Source of the DNA: Chrysomallon squamiferum
Lineage: Eukaryota > Animalia > Mollusca
Assembly (NCBI GenBank): GCA_012295275.1
Contig: CM022670.1
Coordinates: 29,512,001-29,576,000 of the forward strand
Direction: 5' to 3'
DNA length: 64,000 nucleotides
Part shown: piece by piece, positions 28,717 to 41,700 of the stretch
How the letters are laid out: every line of letters starts with the position of its first letter
Position numbering within the stretch: the stretch's first letter is position 1
The notes under the pieces: model-generated
Database searches by the model: none
What the model saw: the letters and a program-made list of their open reading frames with translations, nothing else
Told to the model about the DNA's origin: nothing
Made by a program: the position numbers and the translations under genes

Positions 28717-31700
28717 TTATTCCAGTCGCAGTAACTCAACGTCAAACACCAGTGTTGCTCTGGGAGGTATAGTGTCACTGTCAAGGAACCAAACTTTGTA
28801 AAAGTATCATATACATTATTCATCTATCATAATTCTTTCTTTTTTTTAAATTTTAAGTACTGGATATATTATTCATATATTTTATAAATTACAGTTTTTA
28901 TTTCTTTTTATTTATAGATAATAAACTTTTGAACATGGTACTATATGATTTTTTTTTAATTTGGTATTATTTATGTAGAACTTTATAATAATCAGAAAAA
29001 TCAAACTCATATGAAGAAGAAAAAAATAAGCATGAAACATCTTATTTAATAATAATTAACTTTTCTAACAAATTATATATTGTGGTATTTTGAATAAAGT
29101 ATTTTCAAATACATAACAAACTGTAAAGTAAATGAAATATTGAAATATTTTGTTATAAATTATCACAGGTTATTAATTTTAATGATTTCTGGTGATTTTT
29201 TAATGTGTTATGATTTATTAACTATGATAAAAATCTACCCTATTAACCTAATGTTTTTGAGAAATGATTAATACACCAAGTTCTTATTCTGTAATTTTGG
29301 GGAAACAAGTTCAATATTTTTTTTACTTACATGTAAGTTTTGGCAAGAGCATCAGTTTCCATGTAGTAATGCATATAACAAACAACAACCATTTCAAAGA
29401 TTTCTTAGTTAACAAAAAAAAAAAAAAAAACTGCCCTAAAGAAGATATTAGCATCTATGAGCAACAAAACAAATTATGAACTGCCTTATTTTATACCATA
29501 TGAACACTGCTTAAAAAGGATATACTCCTGGGTGGCCTTTTTCTCCAAATGCCACGTTGTGCGGACAAATCAGCTTTGCCCGCTGTCCAACACTCATCTA
29601 CAATGAAAATAATAATCCCTTACAAATAAATATTAGTAATCTTTTCTTCTTACTAGTTGTTTTGTTGTTTTATTTCACTTTGAAATGAAACTTTCAGTTG
29701 TTCACATCAGTACTGAAACAAAAAGAATATTGGCAGCATTTAATTTTGTGAAATCATTAACATTTTTATTTTTTTTAGTCTCAAATATCTGTGATAAAGA
29801 TAACATTTAAATACTGTTGTAACAGAAAATGCAGACTAACCTGCTTAAGTCCTTCTTCCCAACCTGAAAATATACAACAATATTAACATTAAGAGATAAC
29901 ATAAACTTATTAAATAATATGGCTGCTATCAAAATATTATGTTGTTTAAAGATAAACATATAACAAAAAAGATGGATTTTTAATTTAACTCAAATTGTTA
30001 ATTCCTATAAAACAAATGGGGTGCGTTTAACAAAGACAAGACGCTGTGTATAGATTCTGTTATATTCCTTTTTTTCATGGCTGGAATACAAATGATATAG
30101 TTTTATGGTGTTTTTAAACATACCTTCATAAGTTTACTTTTCATTTTAACTTAGCTTATCTGTATTATAGCAATATTCTGGCAAGGTGTAACAAAAGATA
30201 ATCCTTTATCTTTTGCCTCTGAATATTAATTAAAAATTAAAGTCCTGCCTATATTTGGCTAAAGTAGTTGATTCTAAGGTTGCCAATGTAGATGTTCCAG
30301 ATATCTTGAAAATCTAAACATTTTTCCTCTCAGGGAGTTCCCTAAACATGTTTTCCCAGCATCAGAGTAAGGTCTGAGCAAATCAAAACACAAAAAACAA
30401 AAAAAAACAATCCACTTTATGATTCATTGTCAACAGGAATTACCAGGTATAATATTACCAACTTACCTTTAATAACTTCACCTTTTCCCAAATGGAATTT
30501 AAAAGGTACTCCTCGGTCTCGAGAAGAATCAAACTGTGTTCCATTTTCAAGTGAGCCTGTAAGTAAATAATTTGTTTTCTGTTATATATAGTCAGTTCCT
30601 ATTATAAATTTACAGTCATATGTAAAATAAGAAACAATTGAAACTGTCAGATATATTTTTCTAAGCATAAAACTGTAGCATTTCAAATGCCAGTCATTTT
30701 TATAGTAAAGTAAATATCTGTAATGTCAGTTTACAAAATTTCCGATTGTATTATTTCTGATTTATGAAAACTTGCTATTATTAAAATATATAAAGATAAC
30801 AAGAATATTATTTCATATAGCACACACCTATATAGTGAATAACAACTGTTTGTCCTTTCTTTGGAAATGTTTGACCTGTAGAAAAGATATAAAAAAAATA
30901 ATTAAATGCAAATTATCATCATACTGTTTAAAACAATGAATTTTAGTTTTGATATTTTTATTTTTATGAAACACTATTTATCCAAATTATTAATTATAAC
31001 ATCTTCATAGAAAAGTTGATTTAATTACTAAAATTACATCAGATGCCTTAGCCATTAGTTATAAATCAGCAATAATTAATGTATTATCATATTACTTTAT
31101 ACTGGCTTTTAACTTGTATAAAGAATATTCTCATTATGATCAGATGGGTAATTAATTACAAAATTAAAATAATTGTGACTTATGAAACTGATGTGAATCT
31201 ACCCTCCCCTCATACATAATTACATTTAAGCTGTGCCTTAAAGATACTTAGATTAAAATATTAATAAATGATCAGACTTGCTGAAATTAAATACTCAGAT
31301 TTTACTAAAACATATAACATCAGTAAATTAAAAATAAAAAGACGAAACATGCCAAAGGGTTAACATTATACTTTTATAGTAAACGGAAAAATAAAATTGT
31401 CTGTACAACTGAAAATCCTAGAGACTAGACTAATGAACATTCTGAAGCGTGCCTGCATATAACCACAATCTATCTCTTATATACACATGATATATTGTCT
31501 TGATTTTCTTTTATTCTAACACGAAATTTCTAAAGGCCACGGCTATTAATGACATTTATTATCAAGTTTCGCTAGCCACGAGCAGCAACCAAAGGATCAC
31601 ACACTAAAAAGTAAACAACCTGTGCATAGATGGTATGGACATCGATGATTAAATTTTTCCCCTTCTTTTTATAAAATTATTGATAAAATTAGTGCCGAAA

Positions 31701-31756
31701 TATTATTTGTTAGGCTTACCATCACCCGGCTTTATAGTTTCGACTGTCACGCCCAT
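28717..31756 (-). CDS. FKBP12: FK506-binding protein 12 (peptidyl-prolyl cis-trans isomerase), 108 aa
   Basis: Exons complement(31720-31756, 30828-30875, 30467-30556, 29841-29863, 29524-29597, 28717-28771) = 327 nt. Translation [108 protein letters not shown] is colinear with human FKBP12. Not visible in the ORF track because the exons are short. Confidence 0.97.
28772..29523 (-). other. U12-type AT-AC intron (last intron of FKBP12)
   Basis: 5' site ATATCCTTT at 29523, branch point TTCCTTGAC (28788-28780), and 3' end CAC at 28772. Splicing restores GHPGV|[14 protein letters not shown]. Confidence 0.95.
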
Positions 31757-32010
31757 TTGGAGCGTCGAAATTATAAAAAAATTCTTCAGATTTGCACCTG
31801 AGAATTTTCTTTCTTTTTATTACTTTTTTCTCTCTCTCTCTTTCTCTCGAACAGAACGAGATTAAACGAGAACGTTAAATGTATCTACGCTTGCGCAATC
31901 TATTTTGCGGGAATTCCGGGTTCATGATTACAAGTGGTAATAAACGGTTGATTGTCCCGTTAATGAGTTAAATTATAACGTAGATTGCCATTATTTTGAG
32001 GTTAGCTAAA
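31757..32010. promoter_or_regulatory. Putative bidirectional promoter FKBP12/MDC1
   Basis: The genes are head-to-head, ATGs about 970 bp apart. Local CpG enrichment, palindrome TTGCGCAA (31891-31898), E2F-like GCGGGAA (31907-31913), and a plus-strand donor GAG|GTTAG near 32000 for an MDC1 UTR exon. Confidence 0.5.
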
Positions 32011-32725
32011 AAGGCATTTGTTATAATTGTTGATGTATACATTCATCTTTGTCATAACAACAAAATGACACTCTTTAATCCGAGACATAGATTGGCGATC
32101 ATACATGGATGGTATCACATGCGCTGAAAATGAGTCAGTGACAGCCGTCTCAATTAAATGATAAACTTTGTTTGATTAAAGATTCTGATAGCAGGTTTTG
32201 CCAGCCGATGTTAATATTTTCGAATTCGTATAACATTTAAAAATACTGACAATACTAAATTTGCAGGTAGTTATGATATAATAACATATGATCTCACTTG
32301 TTTCTGTCGGTTTGTTACCTCTTTACAGTTAACTTCGTTTATTAGGCTGTTAACAGAAAGTAAATTAGACAAACACATTGTTTTCCTTAAAATCACAACT
32401 TTATAAATTAGTACTGCACCTTATTATGGATGATATAAAAATCACAGCACTCAACAAGTAGATGACATTGACTATGAGTTAGTAACTCAGTTACGACTAG
32501 GTAAACCGTTGACATTTCTCTTTCTCCCTAAAAGTAGCTTGCACATCCATTGCTATAAACTTCATTCTTAGTTCATACAGCTCAAGAAAAAACTAAATGA
32601 ATAATTTTAAACTAAAACTCATTTTTTGTAACAAAACAGATATTTCACATTTATAATTTTACATCATGAATGTTTCTCTGAAGTATAATTAAAAATACTG
32701 ACTTCAGTCATTACTGTACAGAGAT

Positions 32726-35700
32726 ATGGATCTGGACCAAACTCAGGCCATTCCTTGCAATTATGACTATGATGACAATGAAACTGATGATGAGACATCA
32801 CAAACAGACAAGAAACCAGTAAGACTTTCCCAGTTACAATTTCAATATAATGATTATGATAGAAAAATATTTGTTTACATTCTAAACATATACAGAAAAG
32901 CTTGGATTGTTTGAATTAATTTAAAAATACTATTTAAAGGATAATATTTAATATCCAAAAATGTAGTATAGCATTTGATGTGTTCTGTTAAACAGAAATT
33001 ATAATACTTTATTATAATTATATTAATTATGTATTTTTTCTGTTTCAGATAGCTTATATCAAGGTGCTGAGTCATAAAGATGTGTCAGAAGAAATCTTTC
33101 CATTATTTGAAGGTAACATTTGAAATTTATACATTACATATAATAAATACAAATAACTGACAGTGTACACTTGAGAGAAAAATTATAGATACTGTAACAG
33201 TTTAACAAATCTGAATGTACATTTCCTCAGTTTGTTTTCATTCAGTGACATTAACTAGTCCAATTTTTAATGTTATTTTAAATAAGAGCTGTTTCACTAA
33301 AAGGTATTAAACACTAGTTACTATAAGTTTATTTTTGTAAGATTTAATTGCATTATCACTGTGTGGGTGTCAGAGCAGTAACACAGGTTTATTTTAATAT
33401 GTTTTTAAATGTATTGCCTTAGAGAAAACTCAGCAGAGAGTAGACATGGTGAAGTGTTTATAATTCATTTCAGTGGTCATTAATTACATCTGAACTGAAA
33501 AAGTGAAAATTTTATTAAAAAAAAAAGTAATCATTCTCACAGAATTTTATTGTGGGGCTGGCCTTTCAGTAATTTTGATATTTATCTTTGCAAAATTAAT
33601 CTGTGTATTTTGGCTTTAAATTTAGTTTTATTTAATTTTTAATTACAATCTCGGTTATTCATGAAAAAGAATTGCAGATTTAATCTATTTATTCAAACCT
33701 TTAGGAAAATGTTAGTAAAATATTTTAAATTTGTAAATATATAATTTGTTGTTTAGGTGATAATGTTATAGGAAGACAAGAAGGCTGTAATGTTTGTATA
33801 CCTGTAAAGGTAAGTACATTATTCATATGGTTTTATTGATGTTTTACAAATCTCTGAATCTGTTACATTACAATGATCTCCCTTTATCCAAAATAAACAG
33901 TCCAAATAATAATAAACCTCACTGATTCACTCGGTGACTGACATCTGTTATTAACAGTCATAAAAATTAATATTATTTAGGTGTTTGATAAAATATAGCA
34001 GGTCTTTACATAAAAATTAATACATTTGTAAGTTTGGTAAATTGTAACATTTAATGCTGTTAGTTTTTTGTTGTTAATAACTGGGAATCATTACAATGTC
34101 AAATACATATTATCCAACAGTTTTAATTCACTAGTGGAAATAAATAAATATTTCATATTGCCATGTAATAATAACATGTTTTTATCTTCTTTTCTATCTC
34201 AGTATTAAATGTGCAGTTTTGTTTTTATACCTATATTTAGGCCCTGTCAAAACAACATGCTTGCATAGAGATAAGAAGAGACAGTTATCTCATTTACGAC
34301 AGGGAAAGTCGCAACAAAACTCGCAGAGGAAAAGTATGTATTATCTAGCATTTTATTGTCCATGTTATTATTATTCCAGCTAAAACTGACATTACTATAT
34401 AAATAATTAAGAGTACATTTTTTTCTTTCTCAAATAATGTTGGTTATTGACTGTTATAAAAGTTGTACATGTGTAACTTGTTTTTAAAAGATTATAAGAA
34501 TTCTGTTGTTTTTGTTTTGTATTTTTCAGTTGTTTCTCACCCCTAATGTTCGATATGAATTGAAACATAACGACCATCTTGTTTTAGCAGACATAAACTG
34601 CATCTTCCAGATTAAAAAAGAAGTAAATAGTGTTTGTTATATATTGATTAATGTTTGATTTAATGGTGTCATTGTAGATAACCCAAGAAAATCTAAATGT
34701 TTTGTTTTTTAAGTGAAATTAATATTATTATTATTAGAACAGAATGGCTGCAATTTTTTATCTTTACATCAGTGACAGCATTTAAAGTCTTTTCATTGTT
34801 AAGACTGTCAGATATTTTGTTTCTGAAATTTTTATTATTGCAGTATTTTAATTTGATATCATTAACCACAAATGTATATTAAAATTTATAGTACTGTTAA
34901 GATTAGAGATAAGTTGTTTTTTCATCAGCTGATGTGATCTAATCTTTTTAATTGTATTTTTATATTACACCTCATCATTTACTTTAAGAAGGAAAAACTG
35001 GTTTTTTATTTTACTTTTTTTATTTATGAAGCTTATAATGTAAATAATAATAAATCTTCTGTAAAACATAAACTTCCATAAAACAAACTTTATTTTATTT
35101 TAATACTTAAAGAAAAACAAATGAGCATGATTTGATAAATATTTGCTTAATATTTGTATATTTTAATGAGACTGATTATAAATTTGATAATATGTGACAC
35201 CTACATATTTTATTGTAGATTCATAATGCTGAAATATCTGGTTCTGAAACAGGTTCAGAATCGACATTGCCAGTTGAAAATGTGATGTCTAATAACAGTC
35301 GAGACAAATTGATGTCTCAGACAATTATTGTGGATGAAGATGAAGATGATGAGAGAAGTAATGACAGCATTGACTTGTTGCAGGAAATTCAGGTTTTTTT
35401 TCTCAGATCTATTCTGAACTATTCTGTTCATAACTGAATTGCACACGCACATGCGTGCACACACACACACACACACACGCACACACACACAGAGAGTTTG
35501 AGAGATTGGCAATTCTTATTAATTACAGCAATTTTATTTGTCAGTACTTTGACCAGTGTTAAATGGGTTAGCCACCAGAAATGGTCATGAATTCTCAAAT
35601 ACAATTAGCTGTTTTTCCTTATGTTTCTTTACGTTTTCTGCACAAAAATCTTTTGCTTTATTTTTTGTATTTTAATCTCGATATTATCTTTTTTCAGAGT

Positions 35701-38700
35701 GTGAATGTTATAATTATAATCTGCAGTGGAACATTTTTTATTAATTTCCAGGCTTGTTCAAGTAATGTTAAAAAAACAGAAGAGAAAATGACAGCACCAT
35801 ATCTATTTTCTGCTGAAAATGAAGATAACACCAATGGTAAAAACAAACAAAAAACCCCAAAATAATAATAAATAAGGATTGGAAATTAATTATTCTCATT
35901 TATATAAATTGTTTTGATATGGTTTGATAAACTGTAAGTCGATTGATTCATGAAACAAATACAAAAATTTAATATATTTGTATTATTAATATATTTTCAG
36001 GTCATTACTAATATCATTAGCTCTGACATTATCTTTTGCACCTAGTAGTTTAGTAGGGTTTTATTTCTTTTTTCTTTTTTTCTTGTCATTAATTGTACGT
36101 TTTAGTGATATTGAATCGATTCATAAATAATTTTATGGATTATTTGATTTTGTTTCAGATAAAAATAAAAGTAAGGTTGCTGTTGAAGATACACCTATTC
36201 CAAACAAGAAGTCAAAAAGTACAATAATATTTTATTTTCTTCTGCTGTAGCAATAGGCAACACATTTTTTGACTTTGCTAGGTTTTATATATATTTATAT
36301 CATAATGTATTTTGCTGTATTTTATAGTATAGATATAATTGACTCATTTAATTTAAAAACCAAAAATAATTAATTATAAAATTATAAACTTCATGAAGTG
36401 CAAAGAAATTAAAGAGATTTGTATGACTTTATCTTTAATTTGTTTGCATCAACCATGGATGGAATTTGGTATTTTTTTTTTGTAAATGATCTGGAAATAT
36501 TTTTTATATCATCATCATCATTTTAAAAAAAAATGTTTGTTATTATTATTTTTAAGATTTGTCTACATGGGTGCTAGCTGAATCAGAATCTGATGAAGAT
36601 GACAGTCCACAGGCTACTCTTGTATTTCCTGATGGTAAATACTGCTTTTTTAATCATAATGTTGTGATTCATAGCAGAAAAATGAATCCTTAATTGTTAA
36701 CACATGCCAGTCACTGCAACCTACAACTTAATCTTGATTTTAGTTTTAAAATGTTTTCTTTATTAAAAAAAAATTGAGATGATATATCAGAATTATATAT
36801 GATGTTATTTGTTGTTATTTTATTTTTTTCTCACAGTATTGCAGTTCTGATTAAGTCATATCAAAAATATATTTAAGGTGTATGTGAGTGTGTATTTGTA
36901 TATATATATAAACACACACACACACACACACATACATAATTTTTTCCTTGTGTTTAGATGACAGTGAGGAGTCAGCTGATACAGATTTGTTAATTGCACC
37001 TACCCAGGCATTTCTGGAAGAAAGTGTCTTGGAAAAAAACAGTGAAGGTACTGTTTAAGTTGAAAATAAATGAATTTTTATAACTGAAGGTTTCTTACAA
37101 TATTTATTGTCAAGACAGAATATTTATTTGTTACACTTTTTTTGCAGGGTTTTAGGGAGGAGCAGGTTTGTCTTAAACAACAAAAATGTTACTTAAATGA
37201 TTAATTATAAAAGTTTGTGTTATATATACATATAAAATGTATACATTTTAGGGGGTATTTTTATTTTTTATTATTTTTTTAATGGAATGACAATTTCAGT
37301 GATTAATAATGCTGTATTATATTCTGAGATACAGTAAAGTGAATTTGATATTAAATGATATTAAATAAATAATTTCTGTTATAGATGAAGATAATGCTAA
37401 AACAAACATTCTTCTGGAAGCACAAACTCAGATGTTTTCTGATATTCCAAGTGAAAAGATGGAAGACACTGAATCTAAAAAAAACAACCAGGTTAAAACA
37501 TGTTTACTAAAATAGTTAATAGTACCTAATAGTCTATACCTTGTATCAGAGTGAATCAAACCCTATCACTATCATAACACAGATGCTGTTCTTTAACCCA
37601 GGAACATTTTGTTCATTCTGAATTCCCCACAAGTATAATTAAAAGGGAATTCAGACTGAAAATATTAGTGGCAAATGTGAGATCACAGTTTTTGTAGGTA
37701 TTTATTATTAACAAGTTTGCAAATAAGCATGACCTTGATCTTTGGTCTTTCTAATCAGTCCATATTGTATATACAAACTGTTGAAGAAAACCGTTAAAAA
37801 TGTTCATTTAACTTTTTATTGTTTTTTTTTGTGTTGTTTGTATGGATGTTTTGGATGATTTTTTTAAAGATTTTATGAGGAATGTTTGCCTTGTTTTTTT
37901 TCTTTTTTTTCTTTTTATTTGGTTAAAGTAGGATTATTCATGGAATTTGAATATACATACAGAATTTGTTGTCAAATTTGTGTCAGTCTCAGGTTCATAA
38001 TCATGAATGTGGAAATCATTATTTTTAAACAAAACTTTTTATTTATTTCTAGTATTTTGATGAAATATTATAAATAACTGATACAAATTTTCATATTTAA
38101 TGTTTCTTTTGTTGCTAATTTTCAGATTGATAAAAAAAATTTTCTAACATACTTTTCACTTCAGAATAATTCTAAAAGTGCTGTAAAGAAAACAAACAAA
38201 AGTAACATTATGGAAATGGGTGATGCAAAGAATTTGGATATAAATGAAAACAAAATGGACACCACTTTCAAGGATGAGGTCAGGGGAAATGTTGGTCAAA
38301 AGTCTCACAAAACAAACCTAACAGCTGACAAACACCAAGTGACTGACGGTACTGAACATTCTGAAAGTACTACCCAAGAGTTTGAGGAGGACAAGAAATG
38401 TCAAAATGAATTGAGTCATTTGTTTAATACTTCCACACTTGCATGTGATATGGTTGAAAGTGAGACAGAAAGCCGTCATTTAGAAAATAAAACAAATCAG
38501 AACAACTATTCATTGGTGTTAGCCATGTCAACAGATGAGAGACATAAAGGAGAAGACAGCACTCCAAAAATTGGTAATGAAGATGTTACAGAGATAGTTG
38601 TTAATAATGAAGCTGCCACTCAAATTGTTGGTAATGAAGATGCTACACAAGTAGTTGTTGATAATGAAGATGATACTCAGATTGTTAGTTATGAAGATGC

Positions 38701-41700
38701 TACTCAAATTGTTGGTAATGAAGATGCCACTCAAATTGTTGGTAATGAAGATCCTACACAAGTAGTTATTGGTAATGAAGATGCTACTCAAATTATTGGT
38801 AATGAAGATGCCACTCAAATTGTTGGTAATGAAGATGCTACTGAGATTGTTAGTAATGAAGGTGATAATCAGATTGTTTTAGAAGAACCAGAAAAGAAAG
38901 TTAAAGGTCAGAGGTTAAAGATTTGTTGTCTTTCTGATGACAATAGTGCAAACCAGATACATGATAGAGTCAGTGACACTGCAACAGAACAGCAGAAATA
39001 TCTTCTGGAAAATGACAATTCAAGGGAAAAACGTGATGAATCGTGTTATGATGAACGCAATCAGCCATTTGAAATTACAAATTCAAATGAAACCATACAA
39101 GAACAAGCAAACAGTGCAGAACTTCAGACTGATCACAGTGAAGAGACTCTTCACATCTCTGATTCAGTATCTCTTCTGGAAACTGGACCAACAACAAATA
39201 TTCTCACTGCTGAGGTAGCAGGCATAGTTAAGAAGACTGAAAAAGAAAAAGGTTTGAAAGAGAAAAATGGAAAAATTAGTGATGCAGCTGAGATTTTGGA
39301 GACTTCTGTCGATAAAACTCTGCCAGTGAAAACACCAGAAAAGAAACAAAGAGGTCGGAAACCAAAAGCAAAGAATGAAAAACAACGGAAGTCTGAATCT
39401 CTTCCTTCTGATGATGCTCAGGAGTTAAAAACAGCAACACCTGGTATGATAGAAGACAAAAATGAGCAGATGAAATCTGATCTTTCAATAACAAATATTA
39501 CATCAACTGCTGAGGTTGATAAAACTCAAGTAATTTCAGACAGTGGTGATGTTGCAGCTAAATCTGATCCAGAATTAAAAAAAGCAAAGAAAACAAGACA
39601 GGGTCAAGGAAATAAATGTACGAAAACTAAAAATAATTCAACTCTTGAAAAAGAATCATTGAAACCAAAAGAAAACATGAAAATTCCTCAATACAAACTG
39701 GAAATACAATGTAGAAGAAGCTTGAGAAATAATAAGCAGATTGATTTACCACAGAAACCTAAATTGGAAATTAAGAAATCTTTTAACAAGGGTTTTTGTT
39801 GCAATAATGAAAAAAATACAGCAACCAGTGATCAGAGTTGTGTTTCTAGCAATGATTCCACAGAATTGCACATTAAAAATAGAAATATAAATTTAAAAAT
39901 GCCAATGTTTGAAAAAGATAAAGAGTGCAATGTAGATACTTTGGAAGCAACACAAGCATATTCACATGCTAATGAAGATGTGACAGAATCAAAAACACCA
40001 TTAAAAAAACAGTCATCTAGAAGAGTGACAATATCTGAGAACACTAAAACTGAAAATAAACATCTAGAAGGTAATGTCTTTTCCTAAAAGATACGTTAAA
40101 CTGATACAGGTGTTTCACTATATTGTAAATTGTCTTTGTTTTTGTGTGTGTGTGTGTGCAGAAAGAAAGATAATAGTAAAAATACTTTCAAGATACAGTT
40201 ATTCCTGGATAAAGTTGAATAGAAGATAAAAAAAACTCTACAGATGTTTACTACTTAAAACATCCAGTAATAGTCTTGTACATTAAAATCAAATCAGTAA
40301 TATAAAACATGGCAACCACAGTTTCAGTGAAATTAATTTTGTTTGGAATGTTTTTATGTTTTTTCTCATAAATACTTAATTTCAAATATGAATTAAAGTG
40401 TTCTTTTTTCTTCTTTTTTTTTGACAAGCTTCTTTCCAAGATAGCACTAACTTTGGAATTGTTTCTTTAAATGTACATTGAAATCATTTGATTATTTCAG
40501 CTACGACTGTTGAAGAAACATCTGCAAGTGACATGGATATTGGAAATGCAGTGAACTTGAACATATGTCAGGTAATTTCTTCTCCATTTGAAAGACTAAT
40601 CATATATCTGCATTTACTCAGTATTTAACCAATTGTCTATAAGAGATAGAAACAGAAAGATAAGTTTAATTATCAGAAGTGTGGGATATTTATTTCATTT
40701 GTGTTTCATCCTTGTTGCTATTAGACATATCAAAATTTCTGGAATAAGCTCATGTCATTATTTATTTATTTATTTATTTAAATAAGAGATTTATTTTTAT
40801 TTCAGGCGTTTAAGTAATAATAATTAATAGCAGTTCTTGTGAAATGTTTCATTTTGTAAATTAGTTGATGTGAATTATGCTATTTTGAAGTACAAATGTA
40901 CATATTGAAAATAACATATAATATGTATTTGTTTCAGACTTTTGCCCAATCACCCACAAAACCATCAATGAAAATGAAAAAAACCAGTTCTAAAATAAAA
41001 AATCAATCCACTGACTGCAAAAAGAATGAAATTGCTAAACAAAAAATTGAGCTTAGAAAAGGGAAAAAAAAGACTCCACATACAGATGAAACTACATCAA
41101 AAGTAAATACTGACAATAAGTCAATATGCTTGTTGATTTCTAGATTTAAAGACTATAATAATTTTGAGGATGATCTCAATGTGTCTGATTTCTCAGAGCA
41201 ATCTAGAAAACCACTAGTTAAAGATGCTAGTAAAAACATCTGTGATGTGTCAGAAGATTCTGTGGAGCAGGAAGATGGTTTTGTTTTAGATGAACTGGAG
41301 ACTAAACCAACTAAGGGACAAAAACAGAGCATTCAATGTAAATTGGCTAGAAAAAGATCTTCTGTGAAAGATGAAAATGCTGTGAGGCAATCTGCTGAAG
41401 AAGAGAAAAGTAAAACAGTGGATTATAACACATTGAATGAACCAGTGTCTAAGCGGATAAGCACATGGTTATCTGTTTCTGATAATAATGCTACAACAAA
41501 TTCATCTGCCATATCTCAAATGGTAACTAGGACTAGATCATTTAGTGGCAAAAAAGAGAAACCATTAAGACCAGCTCAAAGTAAGGGAAATAAAAAGGAT
41601 GAAACTGAAGAAAAATCTCCTAAAATGAGCAAAGATGAAAAGAAGAAACAAGAAAGTATAGATACGAGATCAACAAGAAAAATAAGAGATAACAGAATGA

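Noticed and set aside
38528-38818. Antisense repeat ORF (IFITNNLS)n
   Set aside because: Shadow of the MDC1 coding repeat.
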